62,701 nucleotides of DNA from the NCBI GenBank assembly GCA_041674185.1, contig JBAYWE010000005.1, positions 1-62,701 on the forward strand. The letters are read 5' to 3'. A program made the translations under genes and the position numbers. This DNA comes from Minisyncoccota bacterium. Lineage in GTDB: Bacteria; Patescibacteriota; Minisyncoccia; UBA6257; JAGOQP01. A model generated the notes under the pieces. That model saw only the letters and a program-made list of their open reading frames with translations. It had not been told where the DNA came from and did not search any database. Positions 1-10,383 of this stretch are shown one piece after another; the stretch's first letter is position 1, and every line of letters starts with the position of its first letter.

Positions 1-147
1 AGTCATACGGGTACTATCTCTGCCTTGTTTGAGTAATTCTGTGGGATTGAGGACTATGACGACGGCTGCGGTGAGGATAGCGAGGATACCGATGACGATG
101 AGGAGTTCGATGAGGGTGAAACTGGATTTATGTGAGGAGGAGGTCAT
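1..147 (-). CDS. Type IV pilin-like protein, N-terminal part (gene runs off the window start)
   Basis: Own translation of the minus strand from ATG at 147: MTSSSHKSSFTLIELLIVIGILAILTAAVVIVLN... This is the prepilin cleavage/methylation motif (FTLIELL) plus a hydrophobic helix. It is open to position 1. Too short for the ORF track. Confidence 0.55.
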   Translation of the reverse strand, partial: MTSSSHKSSFTLIELLIVIGILAILTAAVVIVLNPTELLKQGRDSTRMT

Positions 148-251
148 AAGAGATAATCACACGATGAGATTAGCTATAGTATACAATATTTTCTCATGGT
201 ATGTCTGCATCAAAAACTAAAAACAGAGTATTGTGTTGCTTTATAGACTTC

Positions 252-285
252 TCCATATTTTTTCGCGATCGCGAAAAAATATGGA
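252..285. repeat. Perfect 34-bp palindrome (tccatattttttcgcga/tcgcgaaaaaatatgga) between ligA and the pilin-like gene
   Basis: Read directly: two 17-nt arms, perfectly complementary with no spacer. Could be the ligA terminator or a protein-binding site. Confidence 0.6.
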
Positions 286-476
286 AGATAAGAAATAAGA
301 AAAAAGAATTATAGTAAAAGAGAGGAATAGAAGAAAGAAACTAAAAAATAAAATGAAAAAGAGCAAAAAATAAAAGCTATAAAATACATCACTATATTTT
401 TTTTAACTTTTCTTTAAAAAAGATAGTATGAAAAAAGCGTATAAAGAATAAAATAAACAAATTACTAGATTATTTT

Positions 477-2534
477 TTAAGTAAGTTTTTTTAAAAATTC
501 TTCCTCATTCCAAATTTCAATACCAAGTTCTTGTGCTTTTTTAAGTTTTGAACCCGCATCCGCTCCCACAACAATCACGGAAATCCCCTTGGTAATAGTA
601 GAATGAAAAACTCCCCCCTCTTTTTCTAATAATTCTTTTGCATGAGGACGGGACATAGTTGTTAACGTACCCGTAATACAAAATGTTTTCCCAGAAAACA
701 CGCCGTGTTTAGATTGTTTCTGTTTCCTTATAACAATTCCTGCATCTGCAAGTTTTTTAAGTATGGATTGATTATGCACATCATGGAACCATTCATAGAT
801 ACTTTCCGCAACCTTAGGACCTACATCAGAAAGTTCTTGCAACGTCTCTCGTGTATATTCTCTCCCCTGACGCGCAATATGAGAAATAGATACATCTTTC
901 TGACGAATATCTTTTTCCATTCTGTGTGCTAATACGCGTGCCGTTTCTTCTCCCACCTGAGCAATACCTAATGCATAAAGAAATCTATCCACTGTAATAG
1001 ACTTTGATTGCTGAATTTCTTGTATAAGATTCTGCGCTGATTTCTCCCCAAATCGATCTAATATCATGATATCGGCAGCATCTAAAGAAAAGATATCACC
1101 CACATCACCAATAAGTCCCTCATCGAGAAACCGATCAATAATTTTTTTTCCTAGTCCCCGAATATCAAACGCCGCTCGCGATACAAAATGAATAATATTA
1201 TTTCTATTACGCGCACCACATTTTTTATTCGTACACTTAATAAAAACTCCTTCACGAGAAAGAACGGAACCATCAATAGGACATACCGTAGGGAGAGAAA
1301 TTTTCTTTTCTTTCCCAGTGCGTAATTGAGTAAAAACCTGAGTAATTTTTGGAATTACATCTCCTGATCGCACAATTGCCACCGTATCTCCAATACGAAC
1401 ACCTAATCGTTCAATCTCATCAAAATTATGAAGTGTTGCGTGTGATATAGTGACTCCTCCCACAAAAACAGGCTGCAAAAGAGCTACGGGAGTCAGTACT
1501 CCTGTTCGTCCCACCTGAATACGAACATCCTCCACAATCGTTGTTGCCTCATATGGTATAAATTTATAGGCAATTGCTCCTCGAGGAGCACGACCCACCA
1601 CCCCCGCACGATTAAATAACATATTATCATTCAGTAAAACAACAATACCATCTATTTCATACGATAATGTATCACGTTTTTTCTCCCAAATTGATTGGAT
1701 AGTATATATATCTTCAAGCGTATAAGCTGTCTTGTTATGAGGATTAATCGTACACCCCCACGAGGCAAGAATGTGATGATATTGTTCATGAGTATCTACA
1801 GAAATAGGAAGTGGACTCACAATATCATATTGAAATGACATTAATTTCCGAGAAGCGGTAATGGCAGGATCAAGCTGTCGCAAAGAACCAGCGGCGAGGT
1901 TTCGAGTATTCACGTATGGTTTTTTCCCTTCTGCAATTTGCTCTGTATTAATACGCTCTAATTCTTTTTTTGAAATAAAAACTTCTCCTCGTATAACAAC
2001 ATGTTCTGGAATAACCCACGCGCCAAGTTGTTCTAATTTTTGAGGAATATCTGATATGGTAAGAATGTTTTGAGTAACATCTTCTCCTACGCGTCCATCT
2101 CCTCGCGTAATAGCCTGTGTAAGCAAACCATGGTCATAAACCAAATCAATAGCAAGTCCATCTATTTTTAACTCACAATAAAAAGGCGCTTGAGAGGAGG
2201 ATGTCTTTTCACGATACAATTTTGTATGAATATGCTTTTCAACTCGTTCTATCCATGCGTGTATTTCATCTTTGGAAAATGCATCTGAAAAAGAAAACAT
2301 AGGAAATTCATGTATCGCTTTTACAAAAACCTCCAAAGGTTTATCTCCTATGCGTTGTGTAGGAGAAGTATGAATTACATATTGTGGATATTTTTTTTCT
2401 AATGATTCAAGCTCGTGTATAAGAGAATCAAATACCGCATCAGTAATTTCAGGAGCATCAAATGTATAATAGAGAGCACGATGATACGCGATGAGTTTTC
2501 TCAACTTTTCAATTCTATCTTGAGAACTATCCAT
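477..2534 (-). CDS. ligA: NAD-dependent DNA ligase
   Basis: 685 aa. Has the adenylation motif KIDG (CELKIDGLAIDL), OB fold, Cys4 zinc finger (CPIDGS...CTNKKC), HhH region and C-terminal BRCT (GKTFCITGTL). Confidence 0.95.
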   Translation of the reverse strand: MDSSQDRIEKLRKLIAYHRALYYTFDAPEITDAVFDSLIHELESLEKKYPQYVIHTSPTQRIGDKPLEVFVKAIHEFPMFSFSDAFSKDEIHAWIERVEKHIHTKLYREKTSSSQAPFYCELKIDGLAIDLVYDHGLLTQAITRGDGRVGEDVTQNILTISDIPQKLEQLGAWVIPEHVVIRGEVFISKKELERINTEQIAEGKKPYVNTRNLAAGSLRQLDPAITASRKLMSFQYDIVSPLPISVDTHEQYHHILASWGCTINPHNKTAYTLEDIYTIQSIWEKKRDTLSYEIDGIVVLLNDNMLFNRAGVVGRAPRGAIAYKFIPYEATTIVEDVRIQVGRTGVLTPVALLQPVFVGGVTISHATLHNFDEIERLGVRIGDTVAIVRSGDVIPKITQVFTQLRTGKEKKISLPTVCPIDGSVLSREGVFIKCTNKKCGARNRNNIIHFVSRAAFDIRGLGKKIIDRFLDEGLIGDVGDIFSLDAADIMILDRFGEKSAQNLIQEIQQSKSITVDRFLYALGIAQVGEETARVLAHRMEKDIRQKDVSISHIARQGREYTRETLQELSDVGPKVAESIYEWFHDVHNQSILKKLADAGIVIRKQKQSKHGVFSGKTFCITGTLTTMSRPHAKELLEKEGGVFHSTITKGISVIVVGADAGSKLKKAQELGIEIWNEEEFLKKLT

Positions 2535-2540
2535 AAAGTA

Positions 2541-2918
2541 TTATTCACACAAATTAAGTTCAATAGCACGCGTACTTCCTTGTTCCGTAGCTCGAGATAC
2601 TATTTTATATCCAGAACCACCGCAAGAGGCAAGAAAAGGCATTTTGTCTATAACTACACCTCCCCCTTCCCACCGAATAGGGAACGGCTCTTTTAAGAAA
2701 TATTCTTCATTCACAATCATGTTGAGAGCAGTTTCAATTCCAGCATCAGCCTGAATAATTGCCACACTTGATCCGACAATTGAGCGAGATATCTGAATAC
2801 GCTTCACCGATAAAAATCCGGCAATAGTAATAATACTCAACATAATTGAACCAACCACCGCAACAGCAGTCAGAAGAGCTTGTCCATTATTCTTTTTTAA
2901 ATACACTTGTTTCTTCAT
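2541..2918 (-). CDS. Putative minor pilin / PilX-like pilus assembly protein
   Basis: 125 aa. N-terminal NGQALLTAVAVVGSIMLSII hydrophobic segment typical of PilX_N-like proteins. Last gene of the pilin cluster. Confidence 0.4.
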   Translation of the reverse strand: MKKQVYLKKNNGQALLTAVAVVGSIMLSIITIAGFLSVKRIQISRSIVGSSVAIIQADAGIETALNMIVNEEYFLKEPFPIRWEGGGVVIDKMPFLASCGGSGYKIVSRATEQGSTRAIELNLCE

Positions 2919-2930
2919 AGAATAAAACCA

Positions 2931-3479
2931 TTAAAACCAGTTAGGAAGACTATCATCATTCTGACGCGTTGGAGTAATACTGTCTAAATTATAGTAGATA
3001 CGTGGACTAATTGTAGTTCTTAGTGTCTTCTGAATTGGCTCGGGACCAATACTTGCATCGGTGATCTGCATAGTAATGGTCATCACTACACGAGGAGGAG
3101 CACCTTGTGTCATGCTTGAAATAACATCTGCGTTAAAAGATGCAACCTGAATTGCAGTACTAATAAACATCCCCGTAGGGCAAGAACTAAAAGGAGTCTT
3201 TTGAGTACCCTCAGAAGCAGTAAAGCTAATACAAGATCCTCCTGAAACACCAGCTCTTGGATCTGCTGTCCGTAATTGACGCGCAATATTTTCAAAAATA
3301 ATACTTCCTGCATCATTTGCTTCCATGAGCAAAAGTGCAACTCGTTGATTACGCAGTGATTGCACAAACCCCCCCATAGCAATAGAAATAAAAATACCAA
3401 ATACACCAAAACCAACCATCATTTCTGCAAGGGTAACTCCAGCTCTATCTTTAAAATGTATGATATTTTTTTGCATCAT
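2931..3479 (-). CDS. Prepilin-type N-terminal cleavage/methylation domain protein (pseudopilin)
   Basis: DRAG/VTLAEMMVGFGVFGIF motif. Start chosen at the ATG overlapping the upstream TGA (ATGA coupling); the ORF track extends to 3506. Confidence 0.6.
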   Translation of the reverse strand: MMQKNIIHFKDRAGVTLAEMMVGFGVFGIFISIAMGGFVQSLRNQRVALLLMEANDAGSIIFENIARQLRTADPRAGVSGGSCISFTASEGTQKTPFSSCPTGMFISTAIQVASFNADVISSMTQGAPPRVVMTITMQITDASIGPEPIQKTLRTTISPRIYYNLDSITPTRQNDDSLPNWF

Positions 3480-4018
3480 AATACAGGAGGTGTTTGTTGC
3501 CACCAATTAAGAAATGTATCTTGCACAGTCGCAAGAGGAACTCCAATTCCTTGTGCATTGGTATACACATAAGAACTCACTTGTATTTGAGATCCGCTCG
3601 AATCGACATGAACTCTTCTATAAAAGGTAGAACCTTGCAACTGAATAGGACGGCTTAAAGGAGTTGTAACTAGAACACTACTATTTATTTTATCCGCAGT
3701 ATAATCAAACTCGAAATCTCCACTTTCTATATCTTTATTAAAATAATATGTCTGATCTAGATTACCCTCCATCTCAACATAATTTCTCTGTACAATATTC
3801 GCGATTATTTCAACCCCCTCCACTGCCAAATGAGCCGCTACATAATTTTCAGAAGTTAAACGCGACAACTTAAACGAAGTCTGTAATAACCCAAAGAAAC
3901 CGATTAGACTAATAACCGAAACAGATATAGCCAACATAACTTCAATCAAAATCTGACCATGTTGTTTATGCATATTCTTTCTACGTAATAATGAAGTTAG
4001 ATAAAATTTTATATGCAT
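3476..4018 (-). CDS. Prepilin-type pseudopilin
   Basis: MHKQHG/QILIEVMLAISVSVISL motif with Glu at +5. The true start may be the internal Met at 3973. Confidence 0.6.
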   Translation of the reverse strand: MHIKFYLTSLLRRKNMHKQHGQILIEVMLAISVSVISLIGFFGLLQTSFKLSRLTSENYVAAHLAVEGVEIIANIVQRNYVEMEGNLDQTYYFNKDIESGDFEFDYTADKINSSVLVTTPLSRPIQLQGSTFYRRVHVDSSGSQIQVSSYVYTNAQGIGVPLATVQDTFLNWWQQTPPVL

Positions 4019-4542
4019 GGAGATGTTTGTTTTTGAGGAGATCCGATTGGACTTATAGTGATCACAGAAGAAAGACCCTTAGGACTCGTGATCGTGAAGC
4101 AATTCGTTCCTGTAAGATATTGAGTTCCAAATGGAGCAAGAAACACAAGTGTAAAATTACCAGATACACTAACACCCAACCCATCCACAGAAGAATCAAC
4201 AGAAAAAACACTGGGTGGAGAAGGACACTTCCCTGTATCTATTGCCGGAGGAACAGATACAATAGAAACACCACCTCCTTGTATCTGAACACCGTATCCA
4301 CACGCGCCTCCTTTTGTGGCCATAGCAAACTCTCGTGCCTGATATATTGCTTGAAATATTTTAGCTTGATCTTTAAAGAAGAGTACGCTGTCATTTGTAT
4401 CAGATCCCGTCCCCACTCCCATGGCAGTAAAAATACCAATAAGTCCAACCACAATCATCATTTCAACAAGAGTAAAACCACGCATAAAGCGGGAAGAAAA
4501 TAATGAACGTATAATACGATGTACACTCCTAAAAAAAATCAT
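4009..4542 (-). CDS. Type IV pilin-like protein
   Basis: MRG/FTLVEMMIVVGLIGIF prepilin motif. The true start may be 4485. Confidence 0.65.
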   Translation of the reverse strand: MIFFRSVHRIIRSLFSSRFMRGFTLVEMMIVVGLIGIFTAMGVGTGSDTNDSVLFFKDQAKIFQAIYQAREFAMATKGGACGYGVQIQGGGVSIVSVPPAIDTGKCPSPPSVFSVDSSVDGLGVSVSGNFTLVFLAPFGTQYLTGTNCFTITSPKGLSSVITISPIGSPQKQTSPCI

Positions 4543-4555
4543 GAGAAGTAAGAAG

Positions 4556-5437
4556 TTAAAAACTTCCTATTCCCTGTATTATATCAAAGTATACCCCCAA
4601 AAGACCAGCGCCCCAGAACAAAATGAGAAAAGTCGCTAAAATAATAAAAGGACCAAAGGGAATTTGATCAGAACCTTTTTTCCTTCGAAGGATGAGTAAA
4701 GGAAACACAAGAATCGTTCCCAAAATAAAAGAACAAACGACAATAAGTAAAATATCAGGCCATCCAAATAAAAGTCCCAATGCTGCAATTAATTTTATAT
4801 CCCCTACACCCATACCCCTTCCCCGTGTCATAAGAACAATAAGTAAGAAGAATAAACCAGCAACCAGGGCGCCCGTAATATGATTTAGTAAAATAGAATT
4901 CCATGGTTCAATCAATGGAGCAAAATGCAAAAGAAAAGATCCTTTCGCAAGATCAGCTTCAAATCCTGCGTAGATAAGAAACGCAGTCCACCCTCCCCCC
5001 ATAATTCCCAGTAATAAGTTTGTTCCATTGGGAATAATAAAATGCCGCGCATCAACAATAAACGCAAATGCTAACACCATACTCACTAAAATCCAAAATG
5101 CCACCACGAGTCCAAAAATCCATACAGAAGGAAGAAACAAAAACACCTCAAGAAAAAGCAAATAAATACCAACCGCAATAACACCCATACCCAACTCAAC
5201 CAATGGATATTGCCACGAAAGTTTCACATGACATGAACGACACGTTCTTTTTTGAACCAAAAAACTCACGAGAGGAATAAGTTCGTACCATTTCAACTGC
5301 ACGTGACATGAACGACAGTGCGAACGTCCCTGCACGGCACGAAAACTAAATTTTTTTTCTGGATCATACCGAAGAGTTAGTACGTTCAAAAAACTCCCCA
5401 GTACAAGACCAAGTATAAATAACAGTAGTAAAATCAT
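4556..5437 (-). CDS. pilD: Prepilin peptidase (A24 family)
   Basis: 293 aa polytopic membrane protein. Has paired CxxC motifs (CRSCHV...CRSCHV) and the GxGD-type motif (GMGVGDIKL). Confidence 0.9.
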   Translation of the reverse strand: MILLLLFILGLVLGSFLNVLTLRYDPEKKFSFRAVQGRSHCRSCHVQLKWYELIPLVSFLVQKRTCRSCHVKLSWQYPLVELGMGVIAVGIYLLFLEVFLFLPSVWIFGLVVAFWILVSMVLAFAFIVDARHFIIPNGTNLLLGIMGGGWTAFLIYAGFEADLAKGSFLLHFAPLIEPWNSILLNHITGALVAGLFFLLIVLMTRGRGMGVGDIKLIAALGLLFGWPDILLIVVCSFILGTILVFPLLILRRKKGSDQIPFGPFIILATFLILFWGAGLLGVYFDIIQGIGSF

Positions 5438-5440
5438 AGA

Positions 5441-5773
5441 CTACCAAGTAATAGAATATGTTGTAGCATCAGATAACGTTGCAGAAGCACTGTTGGTACC
5501 TATGGTGTAATCAGCTTTAGTAACAGGATCTTTTGGAACAGCTGCACCAGAACACGAAGCTAATGTTCCTGGATCACCTGCGTAAGAACCTGCCTTTGTA
5601 TAACACAACTCTTGGAGAGCAACTATTTTTTGCAAATCAGATTTACGTCGTGCATCATTCGCGGAATCACGAAATTTTCCCGCACCCACCAAAAACATTC
5701 CCGAAAGAATCGCGATGATACCAACCACGATCATAATTTCAACAAGGGTAAATCCTTTAATACTTTTTTTCAT
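5441..5773 (-). CDS. pilA: Type IV major pilin candidate
   Basis: 110 aa. MKKSIKG/FTLVEIMIVVGIIAIL leader and methylation motif. Short and positioned next to pilD/pilC. Confidence 0.8.
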   Translation of the reverse strand: MKKSIKGFTLVEIMIVVGIIAILSGMFLVGAGKFRDSANDARRKSDLQKIVALQELCYTKAGSYAGDPGTLASCSGAAVPKDPVTKADYTIGTNSASATLSDATTYSITW

Positions 5774-5794
5774 ATTTTTAATATTTTTAATTAA

Positions 5795-7009
5795 TTACAT
5801 TGTAAACGATCCTGCAAGATTGTAAATAGGAGTTAAGATTGAAGCAAATAACGTAGCGATAAGAACTCCCATTATTGCAACGAGGAGTGGTTGTAATAAT
5901 TCAGAAAGATTCCCTAACATACTATCTGCTTCACGTCCATAAAAATCAGCTATTTTTAACATAATCGCATCTAAGCGCCCAGTGGTTTCTCCTATAGCAG
6001 CCATCTGTCCTACCATATCAGGAAATAGTTTTGGATTTGAAAGTATAAGCTGAGAAAAAAGAGCCCCTTCTCGTACACCATCTGCAATAGCATGAAAGGC
6101 CTCTTTGTAAGCTACATTGCTAATAGTATCTCCTGCAATTTCAATGGCTTGTGTGATAGGGATACCTCCTTGAATAAGAACAGCAAATGATTGAGAAAAT
6201 CGAGTAATATAAATTTTACGAAATAGTTTTCCAAAAATAGGAAGCCGAAGTGTTATTTCTCCCGCAACCACTTTTCCCTCATCGCTTCCAAAATAATCCA
6301 CCGCAATAAATACAAGAGCGAAAATACCAAGTATAATAATCCACCACCATTGCGCGATAATACCACCAAGAGAAAATACTATTTGACTAAAAACAGGCAT
6401 ATCAACACCAGACTCAACAAAAGTTGCTTCAATCTTCGGAAATACAACCGCGACCATAATTCCTCCCACAATAATAAATAATATAAGTAAAATAACAGGA
6501 TAAATAAGTGCACTCGTAATCTTTCCTTGCCATTGCGCTTCTTTTTCTAAGTAATCAGCTAAGAAAATAAGGGCCTGCTCAAGACGCCCAGTAACCTCAG
6601 CAGAATGAACCATACTAATAAAAAAATCAGAAAAGACGTCTCGATGTTTATCAAGTGCTTGAGAAAAAGAAAGTCCAGCTTGAATATCTTGATATAATTG
6701 GATAGTGACTTCTTTCAAAACAGGATTGGTAACTTGTTTTTGTAACAAATGCAACGCATCACCCAAAGGAACTTCAGATTGCACAAGAGTCGCAAGCTGT
6801 CGCGCAAACACCACGATATCTTTACGCTTCACTCTATTAATAAAATTAAAAACAGTTCCCCGCAATCCTACGTTTTCTGCGGATTCAATAGAAAGTACAA
6901 ATAGTTCATGACGTGTTAATACTTGCACCGCCGTATCACGATCAGGTGCTTCTACCATTCCTACTTGTAATTCCCCGTTTTTATTTCGTGCTTGATATTT
7001 AAATTTCAT
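5795..7009 (-). CDS. pilC: Type IV pilus platform protein (GspF/PilC family)
   Basis: 404 aa. Duplicated T2SS-F architecture with three TM segments. Confidence 0.9.
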   Translation of the reverse strand: MKFKYQARNKNGELQVGMVEAPDRDTAVQVLTRHELFVLSIESAENVGLRGTVFNFINRVKRKDIVVFARQLATLVQSEVPLGDALHLLQKQVTNPVLKEVTIQLYQDIQAGLSFSQALDKHRDVFSDFFISMVHSAEVTGRLEQALIFLADYLEKEAQWQGKITSALIYPVILLILFIIVGGIMVAVVFPKIEATFVESGVDMPVFSQIVFSLGGIIAQWWWIIILGIFALVFIAVDYFGSDEGKVVAGEITLRLPIFGKLFRKIYITRFSQSFAVLIQGGIPITQAIEIAGDTISNVAYKEAFHAIADGVREGALFSQLILSNPKLFPDMVGQMAAIGETTGRLDAIMLKIADFYGREADSMLGNLSELLQPLLVAIMGVLIATLFASILTPIYNLAGSFTM

Positions 7010-7015
7010 ACAATG

Positions 7016-8083
7016 TTATCTGTCTAATAGAATACGCAATTCAGATGGATTCGGAGAATACATTTGTCCTTGTTCGAGACTAATTTCACGACGAGATACT
7101 AAATCAGCAAGTGATCTATTTAAAGTAATCATGCCGTCTTGCGTACTCGTGCTAATAACTAAATCAATTTGATATGTCTTTCTTTCACGAATTAAATTTC
7201 GGATAGCGGAATTTGCAATCATAACCTCACATGCCGGAGCGCGTCCGCCATCAATACGAGGAATAAGTCGTTGTGATACAATACCAACAATAGTTGCCGC
7301 AAGTTGCGAGGCAATTTGGTTTTGCTGTGCAGATGGGAAACTATCAATAATACGATCAATGGTTTGTGCCGCAGAATTGGTATGAAGAGTAGAAAAAACC
7401 AAATGTCCCGTTTCTGCCGCCGTTAATGCAGTTGCAATAGACTCAGCATCACGCATTTCTCCGATCATCAGCACATCAGGATCTTGTCTGAGAACAGATT
7501 TTAACGCATTCGTAAAAGCAGTTGTATCACTTCCCACTTCACGCTGGGAAATAATACTTCTATCTTGTACAAATGTATATTCAACCGGATCTTCAACGGT
7601 CACAATGTGATCGGTTCGCGTATGATTAATCTCATCAAGCATCGCAGCAAGAGTTGTAGATTTTCCATGTCCCGCAGGACCAGTCACTAAAATAAATCCT
7701 TGTGATAATTTCGTAAAATCATGTAATACCGGAGGAAGACCCAAATCTTCGATTGTACGTACATGTGCAGGAATCAAACGAAGTGCCGCTGCAAGAAATC
7801 CTCTCTGATAATACACATTCACACGAAAACGAGCTTTATCTTCAAAACTGTACGAAAAGTCAATTTCACGTTGTTCAACAACTCGTTGTTGTTGCTCAGG
7901 GGTAAGAAGCGCCATTATCAGACCCTGAGTATCTTGAGGAGTAAGAATATGATCATTCGTTAAAGGAACAAGCTCTCCGTCAATACGAAGGGTAGGATAT
8001 CTTCCCACCGCGATGTGCAAATCCGAAGCATTTTGACGCGCACACGTTAATAAAAGTTCTTGTAATTTTTTTTCGTAGTCCAT
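7016..8083 (-). CDS. pilT: Twitching-motility retraction ATPase
   Basis: 355 aa. Walker A GPAGHGKST. PilT signature AIRNLIRE is present (SAIRNLIRERK). Confidence 0.9.
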   Translation of the reverse strand: MDYEKKLQELLLTCARQNASDLHIAVGRYPTLRIDGELVPLTNDHILTPQDTQGLIMALLTPEQQQRVVEQREIDFSYSFEDKARFRVNVYYQRGFLAAALRLIPAHVRTIEDLGLPPVLHDFTKLSQGFILVTGPAGHGKSTTLAAMLDEINHTRTDHIVTVEDPVEYTFVQDRSIISQREVGSDTTAFTNALKSVLRQDPDVLMIGEMRDAESIATALTAAETGHLVFSTLHTNSAAQTIDRIIDSFPSAQQNQIASQLAATIVGIVSQRLIPRIDGGRAPACEVMIANSAIRNLIRERKTYQIDLVISTSTQDGMITLNRSLADLVSRREISLEQGQMYSPNPSELRILLDR

Positions 8084-8221
8084 ATAGATAGAAGTGATGA
8101 GTGATAGTCATTAGTAGTACGTAATGAATATATGGTTACATACTGACTTCTCGTCCCTATTTATTTATTACTTTAAAATAGTATATCTTATTTTATTATT
8201 TCTCACAATCAAATAATCTCT

Positions 8222-9952
8222 CTATTCTGTCTCTCGTAATACAGTCTCAATAGATACTTGTCCCTTCAATGCTTTTAAAATACCATCTTGACGAAGAGTC
8301 AACATTTTCTGTCTCTGTGATTCAGCAACTAATCCAGACTCTCCCCCTTTCATCTCCATAACTCGCCCCAGTTCCTTAGTCATTTCAAGAACTTCAAATA
8401 AAGCAATGCGACCCGCAATTCCCTTCCCCTTACACGTATCACACCCCGCGCTCTCATACACCATAAAATCTCCTGATGGAATTACTTTCTTGTTTTCATC
8501 AGATAATGAAGCAAGTTCACCTTTTATAATTTCTAATATTTCAGTACTTGGTGCTTTCTTAGTAATACACGCCTGACACAAACGAGGAACTAATCGTTGT
8601 CCAATCATAACATTCAAGGCAGCGGGAATAAGGAATGAATCCACTCCCATATCCATAAGACGAGGAATAACACCAATAGCATTATTAGTATGTAAAGTAG
8701 AGAGTACAATATGACCCGTAAGTGCAGCATGAACCGAGAGTCCTGCTGTTTCATTATCACGAATTTCTCCCACCATAATAATATCAGGGTCCTGACGAAG
8801 TATTTGCCGAAGTCCTGAGGCAAAATCATATCCAATTTCTGGATGCACCTGTGATTGATTTAATCCATCCATATAATACTCAACTGGATCTTCCAAGCTC
8901 ACAATATTCACATCATCTTTATTTAAAATCTGCATAAGGGCATATAACGTAGTACTTTTCCCTGATCCTGTAGGACCGGTAATAAGAACCATACCAAATG
9001 GTTTGTTAATAGCAGTTCTAATTAAACGCTCATTCGCTCCCAAAAGACCCAGATCTTCTAGCCCCTTTAATCCAACTAATGGATCCAGTACACGAATAGC
9101 AACTTTCTCTCCCGCAGGAGTTGGAAATGTCGCCACACGAAAATCAATATCGCGCCCCATAAGTACCGCTCGGAATCGTCCGTCTTGTGGCACACGGGTT
9201 TCATCGATTTTCAAATTGGAAAGTACTTTTACGCGAGATACAATCGGTTGATGTAATTCAATCGGCATAGAAGCAACTTCTTTTAAATCCCCATCTAATC
9301 GAAATCGAATGCGGAGCCGATTTCTTTGTGGTTCAATATGAATATCAGAACTTCTTTGCCACACAGCTTCTTTTAATGTAGAAGCTACAATTTTAATAAT
9401 AGGAGCATCATCAATACCCTTTGCACCCGCTTCTAATTGAACAGCCCGCAAATCAGAAGAAAACTTTTTACTATTAGTAGATGATATAGCGTGGACAGCC
9501 GCTTCAACCTCACTACGAAAAGGAGAGTATCTGCGAAGAATCGCCTCCCACAAAGAAAGAGAAATAAGATATACCCCTAAATTTACTTTCTGTTGTTTTG
9601 CAATAAACCGAAGCGCATCTTGCGCTTTCATATCATCAGGAGAAATCATACCGACCACGAGCATTTCATTCTGCCACGCGAGAGGAACCACACGAAAATT
9701 ACGAACCGTCTCTTCAGGGACTAATTTAAACAATTCATCAGAAATAGTCGCTGGATCAATAACACGATATGGTACTTTTAACAATTCACTTTTTACTTTT
9801 AACAATGACTCTTCAGGGACTAATCGTCGTTCAGTAATTAAATCCTCAACACTCCTATTTGCATAAGAGGCTTCTTGCAATAATTTACGCCCTTGCTCTT
9901 CTCCAAGAGATGACGTGCGTACCAATGCATCTATAAGAACTTTATTTTCCAT
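8222..9952 (-). CDS. pilB: Type IV pilus assembly ATPase (GspE/PilB family)
   Basis: 576 aa. N-terminal T2SSE_N-like domain, Walker A GPTGSGKST, tetracysteine motif (CQAC...CDTC). Confidence 0.9.
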   Translation of the reverse strand: MENKVLIDALVRTSSLGEEQGRKLLQEASYANRSVEDLITERRLVPEESLLKVKSELLKVPYRVIDPATISDELFKLVPEETVRNFRVVPLAWQNEMLVVGMISPDDMKAQDALRFIAKQQKVNLGVYLISLSLWEAILRRYSPFRSEVEAAVHAISSTNSKKFSSDLRAVQLEAGAKGIDDAPIIKIVASTLKEAVWQRSSDIHIEPQRNRLRIRFRLDGDLKEVASMPIELHQPIVSRVKVLSNLKIDETRVPQDGRFRAVLMGRDIDFRVATFPTPAGEKVAIRVLDPLVGLKGLEDLGLLGANERLIRTAINKPFGMVLITGPTGSGKSTTLYALMQILNKDDVNIVSLEDPVEYYMDGLNQSQVHPEIGYDFASGLRQILRQDPDIIMVGEIRDNETAGLSVHAALTGHIVLSTLHTNNAIGVIPRLMDMGVDSFLIPAALNVMIGQRLVPRLCQACITKKAPSTEILEIIKGELASLSDENKKVIPSGDFMVYESAGCDTCKGKGIAGRIALFEVLEMTKELGRVMEMKGGESGLVAESQRQKMLTLRQDGILKALKGQVSIETVLRETE

Positions 9953-10020
9953 CGTATAAAATATTACTACTTACTAATCACTATTCACGTATACCGTATC
10001 TGTATTATACACCAAGTACT

Positions 10021-10057
10021 TTAAAATAAAAACAAAAACAGCCCTATAAGCTGTTTT
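10021..10057 (-). terminator. Rho-independent terminator after the pilMNO operon
   Basis: aaaacagc / gctgtttt stem followed by a T-run on the minus strand. Confidence 0.5.
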
Positions 10058-10079
10058 CCTAATTACTAGTTACTCTCTC

Positions 10080-10379
10080 CTATTGCACCCCAAATGGTAT
10101 TGCATTTCCTTGAGTGTTTGGTGTAGAAGGAATGGGAATAAATTGTTTTTTACCCGCGGTAAACTGTTCAAGTGTTTTTGTTGAATTGAATTGTAGCGTC
10201 TTTAAATCATCAATTGCTTGTAACTGACTTGAGGGACGTATCGTGGTATCAATAAGATCTGGTTGTACAAAAAAGAGATAGTACGCTGTAAGACCCACAA
10301 TAATAAGAATAAGAAATAATAAACCAAAACCAAACCATCCCCCACTCTTCTTTCTATCTTCTTGTATAACAATAGCCAT
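10080..10379 (-). CDS. Small membrane-anchored protein, last gene of the pilMNO operon
   Basis: 99 aa with one N-terminal TM helix (WFGFGLLFLILIIVGLTAYYLF). No recognisable family. Confidence 0.4.
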   Translation of the reverse strand: MAIVIQEDRKKSGGWFGFGLLFLILIIVGLTAYYLFFVQPDLIDTTIRPSSQLQAIDDLKTLQFNSTKTLEQFTAGKKQFIPIPSTPNTQGNAIPFGVQ

Positions 10380-10383
10380 AGTT

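Noticed and set aside
3110-3415. Alternative-frame and antisense ORFs nested inside well-supported genes. Examples: 705..932, 1861..2043, 3110..3415, 4239..4454, 8614..8835, 9003..9251, 13953..14417, 18373..18786, 23473..23703, 34149..34706, 44353..44856, 55722..56102, 57289..57927, 60894..61169.
   Set aside because: Each lies wholly within a longer ORF that has clear family motifs. Their translations are low-complexity or biased, with no recognisable domains, as expected by chance in A+T-rich DNA.
5215-5235. parS-like strings: gtttcacatgacat inside pilD, and half-sites gtgaaac at about 114 and gtttcac at about 48869 and 46334.
   Set aside because: They are only partial matches to the tGTTTCACGTGAAACa consensus. 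The best one is inside a coding region. I treat them as chance.
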